The notes beneath the pieces are model-generated. The model was given only the letters and a program-made list of their open reading frames with translations. It made no database searches and was not told where the DNA came from. The position numbers and the translations under genes were made by a program. From contig CABQXN010000001.1 in the NCBI GenBank assembly GCA_902468085.1, positions 73,254 to 137,253 on the forward strand: a DNA stretch of 64,000 nt, given 5' to 3'. Numbering within the stretch: position 1 is the first letter of the stretch; every line of letters begins with the position of its first letter. The DNA comes from an uncultured Collinsella sp. Lineage in GTDB: Bacteria > Actinomycetota > Coriobacteriia > Coriobacteriales > Coriobacteriaceae. Below are positions 18,875 through 28,268 of the stretch, piece after piece.

Positions 18875-19351
18875 ATGAAAACCTTGATTCTGTACTACTC
18901 CTACGGAGGCAACACGAAGCGCATCGCCGAGATGATCCAGAGGAAAATCGGTGGGGATATTGCTCGTATGGATACGGTTGTTCCCTACGATGGCGATTAT
19001 GATGAAGTCGTCAATCAGGGGCAGCGTGAGATTGCCGAGGGTTATTGCCCGGAACTGAAGCCGCTGCACATTGGCTGGAGAGATTACGACACCATCATCT
19101 TGGGTTCTCCTGTCTGGTGGTACACCTTTGCGCCTGCCATGCGCAGTTTCCTGGAGCAGGCTGACCTGACCGGGAAGATCGTGTATCCGTTTGCCACCAA
19201 TGGCGGCTGGCTGGGACACGCGCTGAAGGACTTTGAGGAAGCCTGCAAGGGCGCAATCGTGAAGCCGGGCCTCGATGTGCAGTTCGATGAATCCATGCTC
19301 CGTACTTCTGAGAAAGATATTCAGGCATGGATTAATACAATCCGAAGATAA
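18875..19351 (+). CDS. Flavodoxin-like protein
   Basis: MKTLILYYSYGGNTKRIAEMI is a flavodoxin FMN-binding loop. 158 aa. Confidence 0.75.
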   Translation: MKTLILYYSYGGNTKRIAEMIQRKIGGDIARMDTVVPYDGDYDEVVNQGQREIAEGYCPELKPLHIGWRDYDTIILGSPVWWYTFAPAMRSFLEQADLTGKIVYPFATNGGWLGHALKDFEEACKGAIVKPGLDVQFDESMLRTSEKDIQAWINTIRR

Positions 19352-19393
19352 TTGATCTGCAGCTTTCGGCATCCGCCACAGAACTGGCAAGGG

Positions 19394-19475
19394 TTTGGGG
19401 CAAAACGAAAGCTCAACGCCCTGAGTTCGAAGTGTTTTTATTGTAACTGTCTTGGCTTTAATTCCCGGAACCGAC
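19394..19475. repeat. About 80-bp repeat, copy 2
   Basis: Homologous to 13365-13444. Followed at 19549-19578 by the hairpin GGGGCCAA-N14-TTGGCCCC. Confidence 0.5.
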
Positions 19476-19597
19476 AAAGCGTGCCTCCGCCTCTTTTGCG
19501 TGAAGCCGGCCGGGATGTGAGGCAGTTTTGCGTCAGCAGATTAGTGCAAGGGGCCAACGGATGGGGCTTCATTGGCCCCTTGCACACCGATTGCGAA

Positions 19598-19951
19598 TTA
19601 GAACATGATAGCGTCGTCGGCCGTGAAAGCATCAAGGGACCCCTGCTTGACCTGGATGCAGACGTATGTGATGCCCGAGTCGGACGCGGCGCGGAACTGG
19701 CGGTGTGCGGCGGGGGAAATGCGCAGCCAGTCGCCGGCTGCAAGCTCGATTTCCTCACCGTCGATCGTGACCGAGCCGGCGCCTTCGAGCACGCCATAGA
19801 TTTCCTCGTTTTCCTTGTGTGCATGGACGAACGGAACGCCAGCGCCGGCGGGAAGATTGTTGACACTCACCTCTGCCCCGGTAAGCCCGAGCACTTCGTG
19901 CAGCTCGACACGGCTCTCATTACCGATGTGGGTCTTTGCATAATTAGCCAT
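19598..19951 (-). CDS. Cupin-domain protein
   Basis: 117 aa. PFVHAHKENEEIYGVLEGAGSV is a cupin motif. Divergent from the HxlR regulator. Confidence 0.7.
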   Translation of the reverse strand: MANYAKTHIGNESRVELHEVLGLTGAEVSVNNLPAGAGVPFVHAHKENEEIYGVLEGAGSVTIDGEEIELAAGDWLRISPAAHRQFRAASDSGITYVCIQVKQGSLDAFTADDAIMF

Positions 19952-20105
19952 AATGGTTCCTCTCTTGGGGTTGATTTACCTTGCAGGCATCTCCTGCGTG
20001 AGCTATATTCAACGCGAAGGCGCATGCAAATACGAGTACGCACATATTTGTAACTGCGTACTTTTTTGTGAAACCGGTATGGTCAAGGAGGTTGGGTCTC
20101 CCGTG

Positions 20106-20429
20106 ATGGCGAAAGAGGAGCTTCCGGAGTGTCCGGTCGCAACGGCGGTAGCGCTCATTGGCGGCAAGTGGAAGCTGCTCATTATCCGTAACTTGCGCGT
20201 ACGCCCTTGGCGTTTCAACGAGTTGCGCCGCAACCTTGAGGGGATCTCTCAGAAGGTGCTTACCGACAGCCTGCGGCAGATGGAGGATGATGGGCTGGTC
20301 TTTCGCCATGACTATGGCGAGAATCCTCCCCGCGTTGAGTATGGCCTTACCGAGCTCGGCCGCCAGATGATGCCCATCATGGACTCGCTCGCAGACTTCG
20401 GCGCTTATTACAAGACGGTCGTTTCGTAG
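20106..20429 (+). CDS. HxlR-family (MarR-like) transcriptional regulator
   Basis: CPVATAVALIGGKWKLLIIRNL...RFNELRRNLEGISQKVLTDSLRQMEDDGLV is the HxlR signature. Confidence 0.75.
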   Translation: MAKEELPECPVATAVALIGGKWKLLIIRNLRVRPWRFNELRRNLEGISQKVLTDSLRQMEDDGLVFRHDYGENPPRVEYGLTELGRQMMPIMDSLADFGAYYKTVVS

Positions 20430-21043
20430 CGGACATGCTGCTTAGGGGGCGGAGAAGCGCTACGAGTACGGTAGCGGTACTCCTACAGCTGCTGTCGTTC
20501 CCGCAGGATTAGAGCGGAAGGAGACTGCAATGGTGTCGTCCGCTCCACAAGAAGGTCTTCCCTTCCCGGTGTGTCACCGACATGTGCATGCCGACTCAAA
20601 CTGCTCGATGCGCGAAGTGTTGTTATGGCTTCACTAAGCCTGCGGATGCCCAATCATCCGTGCACCACATTCTGCTCATGTGCATGGGCGGCTGCCCCCA
20701 CCGCCACATGGTCTCCGACGTGCGCCGTTGCCCCGGTTCAAAGACGGCCTTGACGCCTACGTCCTCGCCAAAACTCGCGCCGCCCGCAAGAGCCGCCAAT
20801 AAAACCTCTGGCCCTGCTTGGCCCCGGGAATAAACGTCAGACTTGCCGATTCACGTTTCGCGCAAGGGCCGTTCTGCTTCCCAAACCTGATCTGCCCGTT
20901 GCACAGCTCGAGGTCAGCAAAGGAAGCCTGGGCCACCTCCTTGATATCCTCTGCGAACTACTGGAGTGCGGCACAGTCGGATGAGTGGACCGTTTTCGTT
21001 GGGGCTTGGTTGTTTGCCTGTGTGAATGGCGTATTTGTTTTAG

Positions 21044-21964
21044 CTAGCGGTTGCGACACTTTGTTGCGGAAATGCCAACTGCTGCAACTGCGCCACCGGC
21101 AATACTCAGGGCGACAGCCATCGCGCCGTTGTCGCCCGTCGCGGGTAGGGCAGTCCCGGCTGGTTTAACCGCCGCTACTGCCTTAGTGGAAACGGGATTT
21201 GCCGCGGGCTTTTCTGCCTTGGGCTGCGGTGTGGGTTCGGGTTTGGTTTTCGGTTCGGGTTTGACCTCTGGGCTTGGCTTAATACTTGGATCGGGTTTGG
21301 AACCGCTCGTGTCGGTTGCAATCAAGTGCACGTCGCTGTCGAAGACGTAGCGGATGTAGTAATCGTGCCGCGTCTCGTGCATAATCCCCTGCCCGCTGTC
21401 GAAGTCACGGTCAACGTGTGTGCCAAGGCGGGTTGAGCTGGTGAGGTTCAGTCTGTAAGGGATTTGGTCGTCGGCGTAGCCGCCTGTAAAGACAGCGGTT
21501 GCTCTAACGTGATTGTCGATCATGGTCAGGGCAATAGAGACGCTGGCCTCTTTGGGGTTCTCGGTTTTTATAAGGCTTTCGGTATCGGTGTCGATCTTGA
21601 AGAGATAGACGGTGTCGTTAAGCCCGTAGATGAAGTCCTCGGGTTTGTCGGGGGAATCGTATACAAACGCCTCATTCTGGACCAACATGAAGGCAGGAGG
21701 GAGCTCCAAGTCATAGTTATGGTCGACAACGGTGGTGGCTGTGAGGCTGCCTTCTGCGTTGGCTTCGTCGCAGGTAATGGGTGCTGCGACATCGGTTTCG
21801 GGCATTTCGGTCGCCAGTGCTGCGCAGGGTAGCAAAAGCAGTCCTGCCACAAGAATGCTTACTCCGAAGGCGGCGACTCTGGCGCCTGCATGACGCTTGA
21901 CGTCGCGGATAGACAGGCCAGTCCGTTTGTTATGGGTCTGCGGTGCAACATGCTGTCCATACAT
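21044..21964 (-). CDS. LPXTG (LPATG) cell-wall-anchored surface protein
   Basis: N-terminal signal peptide, a Pro/Lys-rich linker, and a C-terminal LPATG + hydrophobic stretch + KCRNR sorting signal. Confidence 0.7.
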   Translation of the reverse strand: MYGQHVAPQTHNKRTGLSIRDVKRHAGARVAAFGVSILVAGLLLLPCAALATEMPETDVAAPITCDEANAEGSLTATTVVDHNYDLELPPAFMLVQNEAFVYDSPDKPEDFIYGLNDTVYLFKIDTDTESLIKTENPKEASVSIALTMIDNHVRATAVFTGGYADDQIPYRLNLTSSTRLGTHVDRDFDSGQGIMHETRHDYYIRYVFDSDVHLIATDTSGSKPDPSIKPSPEVKPEPKTKPEPTPQPKAEKPAANPVSTKAVAAVKPAGTALPATGDNGAMAVALSIAGGAVAAVGISATKCRNR

Positions 21965-22285
21965 AAGGCGCTCCTTGTTCGTAGGCCGGTTTCCGCGGAT
22001 CTATATTGCGCCTGGCCGATGTGGCTAGGCTCTTTCACGCGAACGCTTACGCGAGCAGGGAGAAAGCTCAAGCTAATTTTCCCACAGTCGATACTTTGTG
22101 AGCAACGATTTGCTGTTCAATTCTCGTAGAGAGAATCAAGACGGTCGAGGAGTTATCAGGCAATGAGATTGTGTCTAGAGAGCGCGAACGAGAGATGCGA
22201 TCTACAGACGACTGAATAGCTCCATCTGTTTTGGTTACAACGAAATGTGTGCCGCGCGCCTGCGGCATGAAGAAGGGAGATTCTT

Positions 22286-22816
22286 ATGAATATCGTTGTA
22301 TTGAGTGGTAGCCCGCGCAAGGGAGCCAATACCGACACCATGGTTGAGGCGTTTGCCGAGACCGCGCGCGAGGCTGGCAATGCGGTCGAGATCGTTCGCG
22401 TTGCCAGCAAGAAAATCGCTGGTTGTCTGGGATGTCAGTACTGCTTTACCCATGAGGGCACCTGTGTGCAGAAGGACGACATGGCCGGTGTGGTCGAGAC
22501 ACTGAAAGGCGCCGACATGGTTGTCTTCGCTTCGCCCATCTACTGGTTTGATATCACTGCGCAGGAGAAGGCCGCCATCGACCGTCTGTACGCCTTCGGT
22601 GCTACGGGCTTCCCGTTCACCAAGACGGCCCTTTTACTCGATAGCCACAGCGAGGGCGTCTATGATGCGGCGATCGCTATGTACAAGTCGACCTGCGCGT
22701 ACTGCAAGTGGGAGGACCAGGGCATTTGCACCATCAGCGGTATGACCGAGCGCGACAGCATGGCATCGTCGCCCAAGCTGGAAGAGGTGCGAGGGCTCGC
22801 TCGCAAGCTCGCCTAA
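22286..22816 (+). CDS. NADPH-dependent FMN reductase / flavodoxin-fold protein
   Basis: MNIVVLSGSPRKGANTDTMVEAF plus the CLGCQYC cysteine cluster. Iron-sulfur flavoprotein family. Confidence 0.7.
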   Translation: MNIVVLSGSPRKGANTDTMVEAFAETAREAGNAVEIVRVASKKIAGCLGCQYCFTHEGTCVQKDDMAGVVETLKGADMVVFASPIYWFDITAQEKAAIDRLYAFGATGFPFTKTALLLDSHSEGVYDAAIAMYKSTCAYCKWEDQGICTISGMTERDSMASSPKLEEVRGLARKLA

Positions 22817-22923
22817 GGACAAGAAGAACGCATGGCAATCAGCGTTGGCGGAAAGCCTACTTCCCTTACCAAGAGGATTACTGATTGCCATGCGTTGATG
22901 TCCTTATGGACAATCTCCGCGTG

Positions 22924-23364
22924 CTAGGAGACTTTCTCGCTCAGGAACTCCCTGAATGCGGGGATGTCAAAGCCAACGAGACCACGCCCACGTTCCCCGA
23001 TGACGCCGTCCTCGAGAAGGCGGCGTTTGTATTGGCTTGCGTAGTTGCTGGCGACGCCCATGCGTTTGGCTATCTCCGAGACCCTGCTGGGGCCAGAATC
23101 GGGCAGCATCGCGAGTAAAAACTCAATGTCTTTATCGGAAAGCTCTCGATAGGTCGTTTCGAGAGAAGCCCGATGCCATGCTTCTCGAGTTGCCTGAAGA
23201 TGCCATTCATGCACGTGCGCCAGTTGCCCTGGGCTTCTTGAACATATGTCCAAGAAGCCCACTGGGCCAATTTGAACACCGTTTATGCGCGCGTGAGACT
23301 GTGAAAGGTAGCTATCTGCCGCTTCTTTGGTTCGCTCGATAATATCTTCGAGCATGCCTGGCAT
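22924..23364 (-). CDS. Winged-helix DNA-binding protein, probable C-terminal fragment of an ATPase-family gene
   Basis: Only a C-terminal wHTH-like region (LPDSGPSRVSEIAKRMGVASNYASQYKRRLLEDGVI). No upstream ATPase domain. The tandem repeats begin immediately upstream. Confidence 0.3.
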   Translation of the reverse strand: MPGMLEDIIERTKEAADSYLSQSHARINGVQIGPVGFLDICSRSPGQLAHVHEWHLQATREAWHRASLETTYRELSDKDIEFLLAMLPDSGPSRVSEIAKRMGVASNYASQYKRRLLEDGVIGERGRGLVGFDIPAFREFLSEKVS

Positions 23365-23397
23365 GGCGGAGCCATTTGCTGTACTCCATGGTGTCTC

Positions 23398-23454
23398 CTT
23401 TGCAAGTTTTGCTAATTTTTGCAACTTTTGCTAACTTTTGCGAGTTTTGCTAAC
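23398..23454. repeat. Tandem 9-10-bp repeat (TTTTGCNAAC-like), about 6 copies
   Basis: CTTTGCAAG TTTTGCTAA TTTTTGCAAC TTTTGCTAAC TTTTGCGAG TTTTGCTAAC read directly from the sequence. Confidence 0.7.
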
Positions 23455-23592
23455 GGCTTAGGACGGTGCGGGAAGCCCCCGTATCGTCGACATTTCCGAG
23501 GATGACCTCCGCGACGAGCGGGGCCCGGGGCGCGATATTGCTGCGTTCCGGGCCCCGCTGCTTTGTAAAACTATGGCGGTTCTGCCGTCGTC

Positions 23593-25833
23593 CTAATCAA
23601 ACAAACTCGGCATGTCGTTTTCTTTCATAAGGGCACCGGCGGAGGGGAGGCTCTGCGCGGTGAACTTTTCGGCCGAGACGCCGGCGCCAAGGATCTCCTC
23701 GGTCGTGCCGACGGTGGTGACCGAGCGACCCTTCTTGGCTGTAAAGGCCTGGACGCCCTGCGTGTTGGTGGTCGTCTTGGTCTTGAGCAGCGACGTGTTG
23801 AAGTTCATCAGGCGGTAGTCGCTCGAGACCAGCGCGATGTCGCGGTCCTCCTTGAGTACCTGAGCATACAGCAGTTTGCTGCCGCCGTAGATGGCGTTCT
23901 TGAGGCGCTTGCGGTTGGTCTTGGTAACGTATCCGGCAAGTGCGACGCGCACCACACGGCCGTTCTCAAAGACAAACAGCACGTCGGCCTTATAGTCCTC
24001 GGGGTCGATGACCCAGATGACGCTCTCGTCGGGTTCCATCTCAAGATCGGTCGGCAGGTACGAGCCCAGCTGGGCCGACTTGGTGTCCTCAAACGCCGCA
24101 ACCTTGCACTTGTACACCTGGCTCTTGTTGGTAAAGACCAGCAGCTCGTGGGTGTTGGAGGACGGGAACTCGATAAAGGGTTTGTCGCCGTCTTTGTACT
24201 TGAGCGTAGCGGCCTTCTTGAGTACGCGGTCCGTCATCTTCTTAAGGTAGCCATCGCGCGAGAGCATGATGGTAACCGGGTATTCCTCGACCTCGGGCTC
24301 CAGGCTTACCTCGATAACCTCATGGGGCTCGATCCTGCCCGTGCGGCGCGGCATCACGTACTTCTTGTTGACCGCGGCCAGCTCGTCGCTGATGACCTTC
24401 TTGATGTTCTCCTCGCTGGAGAGGATCTCCTCAAGCTCGGCAATCTCGCCCTCAAGCTTGGCAATGTCCTTGGTGCGGTTGAGGATGTACTCCTCGTTGA
24501 TGTTACGGAGCTTGAGCTCGGCAACAAACTCGGCTTGGGTCTCGTCGATGTCGAAACCCTTCATAAGGTTGGGCACGACCTCGGCTTCGAGCTTGGTGCC
24601 GCGGATGATGGCGATGGCCTTGTCGATGTCGAGCAAGATTGCCTCGAGGCCGTGCAGCAGGTGCAGGCGCTCGGACTTTTTGCCCAGGTCAAAGTTAATG
24701 CGGCGACGCGTGGACTCAATACGCCACTTGACCCACTCGTGCAGGATCTGGCGCACGCCCATAACGCGAGGGTAACCATCGACCAACACGTTGAAGTTGC
24801 ACGAGAACGAATCCTGCAGCGTGGTCGAGCGATAGAGCTTGGCCATGAGCTTGTCGGGGTCGACACCGCGCTTAAGATCGATGGCGATGCGCAGGCCCGA
24901 GAGGTCGGTCTCGTCGCGGATGTCAGCGATCTCCTTGACCTTGCCCTCTTTGGAGAGCTTGACGATGCGCTCGATGATGACATCGGTCTTGGTGGTGTAG
25001 GGGATCTCGTAGACCTCGATGATGCGCTCTTCGGGAATCCAACGCCAGCGGGAGCGAATCTGGAAGCTGCCCAGGCCGGTCTCAATAATCTTTTCCATCT
25101 CCTCGCGGCGGTAGATGATCTCGCCGCCGGTCGAGAAGTCGGGCATGGGCATGTACTCGAGCAGGTCGCAATCGGGATCCTGCAGGTAGTGCATCGTGGC
25201 GGTGCAGACCTCGTTGAGGTTGAAGCCGCAGATGTCGGACGCCATGGCGACGCCGATGCCCTTGTTGGCCGAGACAAGGATGTTGGGGAACGTGGTGGGC
25301 AGCAGGCGCGGCTCCTTCATGGCACCGTCGTAGCTGTCGACGAAGTCGACCGGGTCCTTGTCGATGTCCTTGAAGATCTCGGCGCTGATGGGGGAGAGCT
25401 TGGCTTCGGTATAACGCGAGGCGGCGTAGCTCAGGTCGCCCGAATAGTACTTGCCAAAGTTGCCCTTCGACTCAACGAACGGTGCGAGCAACGCCTCGTT
25501 GCCGGTTGCCAGGCGCACCATCGTCTCGTAGATCGCGGCATCGCCGTGCGGGTTGAGCTTCATGGTCTGGCCCACGATGTTGGCGCTCTTCTGGCGCTCG
25601 CCCTTGAGCAGACCCATCTTGTACATGGTGTAGAGCAGCTTGCGGTGCGAGGGCTTAAAGCCGTCGATCTCGGGGAACGCACGCGAGACGTTGACGCTCA
25701 TGGCGTAGGGCATGTAGTTGACCTCGAGCGTCTGCGTGATCGGCTGGTCGGTGACCTCGGAGTGCAGGCCGATGACGTTCTCGGCGTTGACCTGCTTTTT
25801 CTTCGGCTGGTTCTTCGTCTTCTTCTTTGCCAC
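23593..25833 (-). CDS. parC: Type IIA topoisomerase subunit A (ParC/GyrA family; topoisomerase IV-like)
   Basis: 746 aa. YAMSVNVSRAFPE...DGFKPSHRKLLY and the active-site region AASRYTEAKL match the family. The short divergent C-terminal domain and position next to the B subunit favour topo IV over gyrase. Confidence 0.7.
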   Translation of the reverse strand: MAKKKTKNQPKKKQVNAENVIGLHSEVTDQPITQTLEVNYMPYAMSVNVSRAFPEIDGFKPSHRKLLYTMYKMGLLKGERQKSANIVGQTMKLNPHGDAAIYETMVRLATGNEALLAPFVESKGNFGKYYSGDLSYAASRYTEAKLSPISAEIFKDIDKDPVDFVDSYDGAMKEPRLLPTTFPNILVSANKGIGVAMASDICGFNLNEVCTATMHYLQDPDCDLLEYMPMPDFSTGGEIIYRREEMEKIIETGLGSFQIRSRWRWIPEERIIEVYEIPYTTKTDVIIERIVKLSKEGKVKEIADIRDETDLSGLRIAIDLKRGVDPDKLMAKLYRSTTLQDSFSCNFNVLVDGYPRVMGVRQILHEWVKWRIESTRRRINFDLGKKSERLHLLHGLEAILLDIDKAIAIIRGTKLEAEVVPNLMKGFDIDETQAEFVAELKLRNINEEYILNRTKDIAKLEGEIAELEEILSSEENIKKVISDELAAVNKKYVMPRRTGRIEPHEVIEVSLEPEVEEYPVTIMLSRDGYLKKMTDRVLKKAATLKYKDGDKPFIEFPSSNTHELLVFTNKSQVYKCKVAAFEDTKSAQLGSYLPTDLEMEPDESVIWVIDPEDYKADVLFVFENGRVVRVALAGYVTKTNRKRLKNAIYGGSKLLYAQVLKEDRDIALVSSDYRLMNFNTSLLKTKTTTNTQGVQAFTAKKGRSVTTVGTTEEILGAGVSAEKFTAQSLPSAGALMKENDMPSLFD

Positions 25834-25878
25834 GATATCCTCTTGAACTTCTTAAGGGCCGTCGTTATCGATTTGCTG

Positions 25879-27876
25879 CTACTGCAGGTCCAGCTGGTCC
25901 AGATATTCCTTGCCGTGCTCGGAGATATGGCGCTTGCGGCCCGCTTCGTCGTTGCCCAGCAACAGGTTAAACATGGTCTCCATCTTGGTGACGTCCTCGG
26001 GCTCCACCTTGATCAGGCGACGCGTCTCGGGGTTCATGGTGGTGAGCCACATCATGTCCGGGTCGTTCTCGCCAAGACCCTTGGAGCGGTTGATGGAGCA
26101 CTTCTGGTCGCCAATCTCCTTGAGGATGCCGTTCTTCTCGAGCTCGGTGTAGGCAAAGTAGGTCTTCTCTTTGCAGTTGATCTCGTAGAGCGGCGACTCG
26201 GCGATATACACGTAACCCTCGTCGATAAGTGTGGGCACCAGGCGGTAAAGCATGGTGAGCACGAGCGTGCGGATGTGGTAACCGTCGACGTCGGCGTCCG
26301 TACAGATGATGACCTTGTTCCAGTTGAGGTTGTCCAGGTCAAAGGCACCAAGGTTTTTGATGCGCTTGTCCTTGATCTCCACGCCGCAGCCCAGCACGCG
26401 CATGAGGTCCATGATGATGTCGGACTTAAAGATGCGCGGATAGTCTTCCTTCAGGCAGTTGAGGATCTTACCGCGGACGGGCATAACGCCTTGGAACTCG
26501 GCATCGCGCGAGGTGCGAATGGCGCCTGCTGCCGAGTCGCCCTCTACGATGTAGATCTCGCGGCGGCTCTTGTCCTTGGAGCGGCAGTCGATGAACTTCT
26601 GCACGCGGTTGGCCATGTCGGTCTTCTGCTGTAGGTTGGTCTTGATGCTCTGACGCGTCTTCTCGGCGTTCTCGCGCGAGCGCTTGTTGATGAGCACCTG
26701 CTCCATGATCTTGTTGGCGGCGTCTTTGTTCTCGATCAGGTAAGTCGAGAGGCGCTCCTTAAAGAAGACCGTCATAGCCTGCTGGATAAAGCGGTTGTTG
26801 ATGGCCTTCTTAGTCTGGTTTTCATAGGACGTCTGGGTGGAGAAGCAGTTGGTCACCAGCACCAGACAGTCCTGGACATCCTGCCACTTAATGCCGCTCT
26901 CGTTTTTGTTGTACTTGCCCTGTTGCTTAATGTAAGCATCGATGGCACTGGTCAGAGCGCTGCGGGCGGCCTTCTCGGGCGAACCGCCGTTCTCGAGCCA
27001 CGATGAGTTGTGGTAGTACTCCTGCATCATGAAGGTGCGCGAGAAGCACATGCACGCGGTGATCTTTACGTTGTAGTCGGGTAGGTCCTCGCGGTCGCGA
27101 CCGCGACGGTCGGCCTCGATAAAAAAGGGCTCGGTGAGGTAGTCGGTACCGACCTTCTCGAGCACGTAGTCTTCGATGCCCTTGGGATAGCAAAAGTTCT
27201 CTTCGGAAAACTCGCCATCGTCACCTTCGATGCGCAGGCGGAAGGTCACGTTGGCGTTGACCACGGCTTGGCGGCGCATGGTCTCGCGATACCAATCGTG
27301 GGGGATACTGATGGAGGTAAAGACCTCAAGATCGGGGCGCCACTTGATGGTGGTGCCGGTGCGGTTCTCGTCGCTGGGCTCAATCTCGAGTGCCTTCTTT
27401 TTGGCACCGACGACCTTGCCCTTCTTAAAGTGCAGGGAGTACTTGTTGCCGTCGCGCCAAACCGTGACGTCCATGTACTCGGAAGCGTACTGAGTCGCGC
27501 AGGAGCCCAGGCCGTTGGTACCGAGCGAGAAGTCGTAGTCGCCGCCCTGGTTGTTGTTGTATTTGCCACCTGCGTAGAGCTCGCAAAAGACGAGCTCCCA
27601 GTTAAAGCGCTTCTCGGAGGGGTTCCAGTCGAGCGGGCAGCCGCGGCCGTTGTCCTCTACCTGAATGGAGCCATCGCGAAAGGCGGTAAGGGTGATGAGC
27701 TTGCCGTAGCCCTGGCGTGCCTCGTCAACGGCGTTGGACAGGATCTCGAAGGCGGCATGCGCGCAGCCGTCGAGCCCGTCCGAGCCAAAGATGACGGCGG
27801 GGCGCAGGCGTACGCGCTCCTCGTCCTTGAGCTGGCGGATGCTGTCGTTACCATAGTTTGCGGTGTTTTTTGCCAT
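25879..27876 (-). CDS. parE: Type IIA topoisomerase subunit B (ParE/GyrB family; topoisomerase IV-like)
   Basis: 665 aa. Contains GHKL ATPase, Toprim (EGDSAAGAIRTSRDAEFQGVMPVRGKILN) and C-terminal PLYEI motifs. Divergent from canonical GyrB. Confidence 0.7.
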   Translation of the reverse strand: MAKNTANYGNDSIRQLKDEERVRLRPAVIFGSDGLDGCAHAAFEILSNAVDEARQGYGKLITLTAFRDGSIQVEDNGRGCPLDWNPSEKRFNWELVFCELYAGGKYNNNQGGDYDFSLGTNGLGSCATQYASEYMDVTVWRDGNKYSLHFKKGKVVGAKKKALEIEPSDENRTGTTIKWRPDLEVFTSISIPHDWYRETMRRQAVVNANVTFRLRIEGDDGEFSEENFCYPKGIEDYVLEKVGTDYLTEPFFIEADRRGRDREDLPDYNVKITACMCFSRTFMMQEYYHNSSWLENGGSPEKAARSALTSAIDAYIKQQGKYNKNESGIKWQDVQDCLVLVTNCFSTQTSYENQTKKAINNRFIQQAMTVFFKERLSTYLIENKDAANKIMEQVLINKRSRENAEKTRQSIKTNLQQKTDMANRVQKFIDCRSKDKSRREIYIVEGDSAAGAIRTSRDAEFQGVMPVRGKILNCLKEDYPRIFKSDIIMDLMRVLGCGVEIKDKRIKNLGAFDLDNLNWNKVIICTDADVDGYHIRTLVLTMLYRLVPTLIDEGYVYIAESPLYEINCKEKTYFAYTELEKNGILKEIGDQKCSINRSKGLGENDPDMMWLTTMNPETRRLIKVEPEDVTKMETMFNLLLGNDEAGRKRHISEHGKEYLDQLDLQ

Positions 27877-28268
27877 ACTCGCTCTCTCGGTGCTCCTTTG
27901 CTGCGTTTAAGTCATATAGATAGTCAAGGTAGCATAGCCCAGCCCATAGGCGATTCCAACCAACACGAAATCCATCGAACAATCGTTCGAGCTTAGGCTG
28001 AAAAGAGCTTACTCGGACAAAACCGAGTCGGCTCTTTCCGAGTAAGTTTGAAAGCGGTCGAATGCGCCTTGCTGCGTTTGCGGTTGGATACGTTGTCGAA
28101 AACGTGTCGTGCGGATTGTTGGCGAAAAGACGGCGTGCCAAGCTCGAGGCAGAGCTCGACTCCTCTGACGATATCTAATGCGTAATGGGCTGGCTCTGGG
28201 TATCCAGAACCAGCCCATTTTGATGGTCGATGAGCCGAGTCGGCGTCTCTCGCAAAGGTAACTAGGAG

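Noticed and set aside
21965-22285. Possible riboswitch in the 320-bp leader of the FMN-reductase gene
   Set aside because: No recognisable FMN or other riboswitch consensus by eye. Would need a covariance-model scan.
24148-26634. 828-aa plus-strand ORF
   Set aside because: Antisense to the topoisomerase A and B genes. Composed of LV/DG repeats typical of a reverse-frame artefact.
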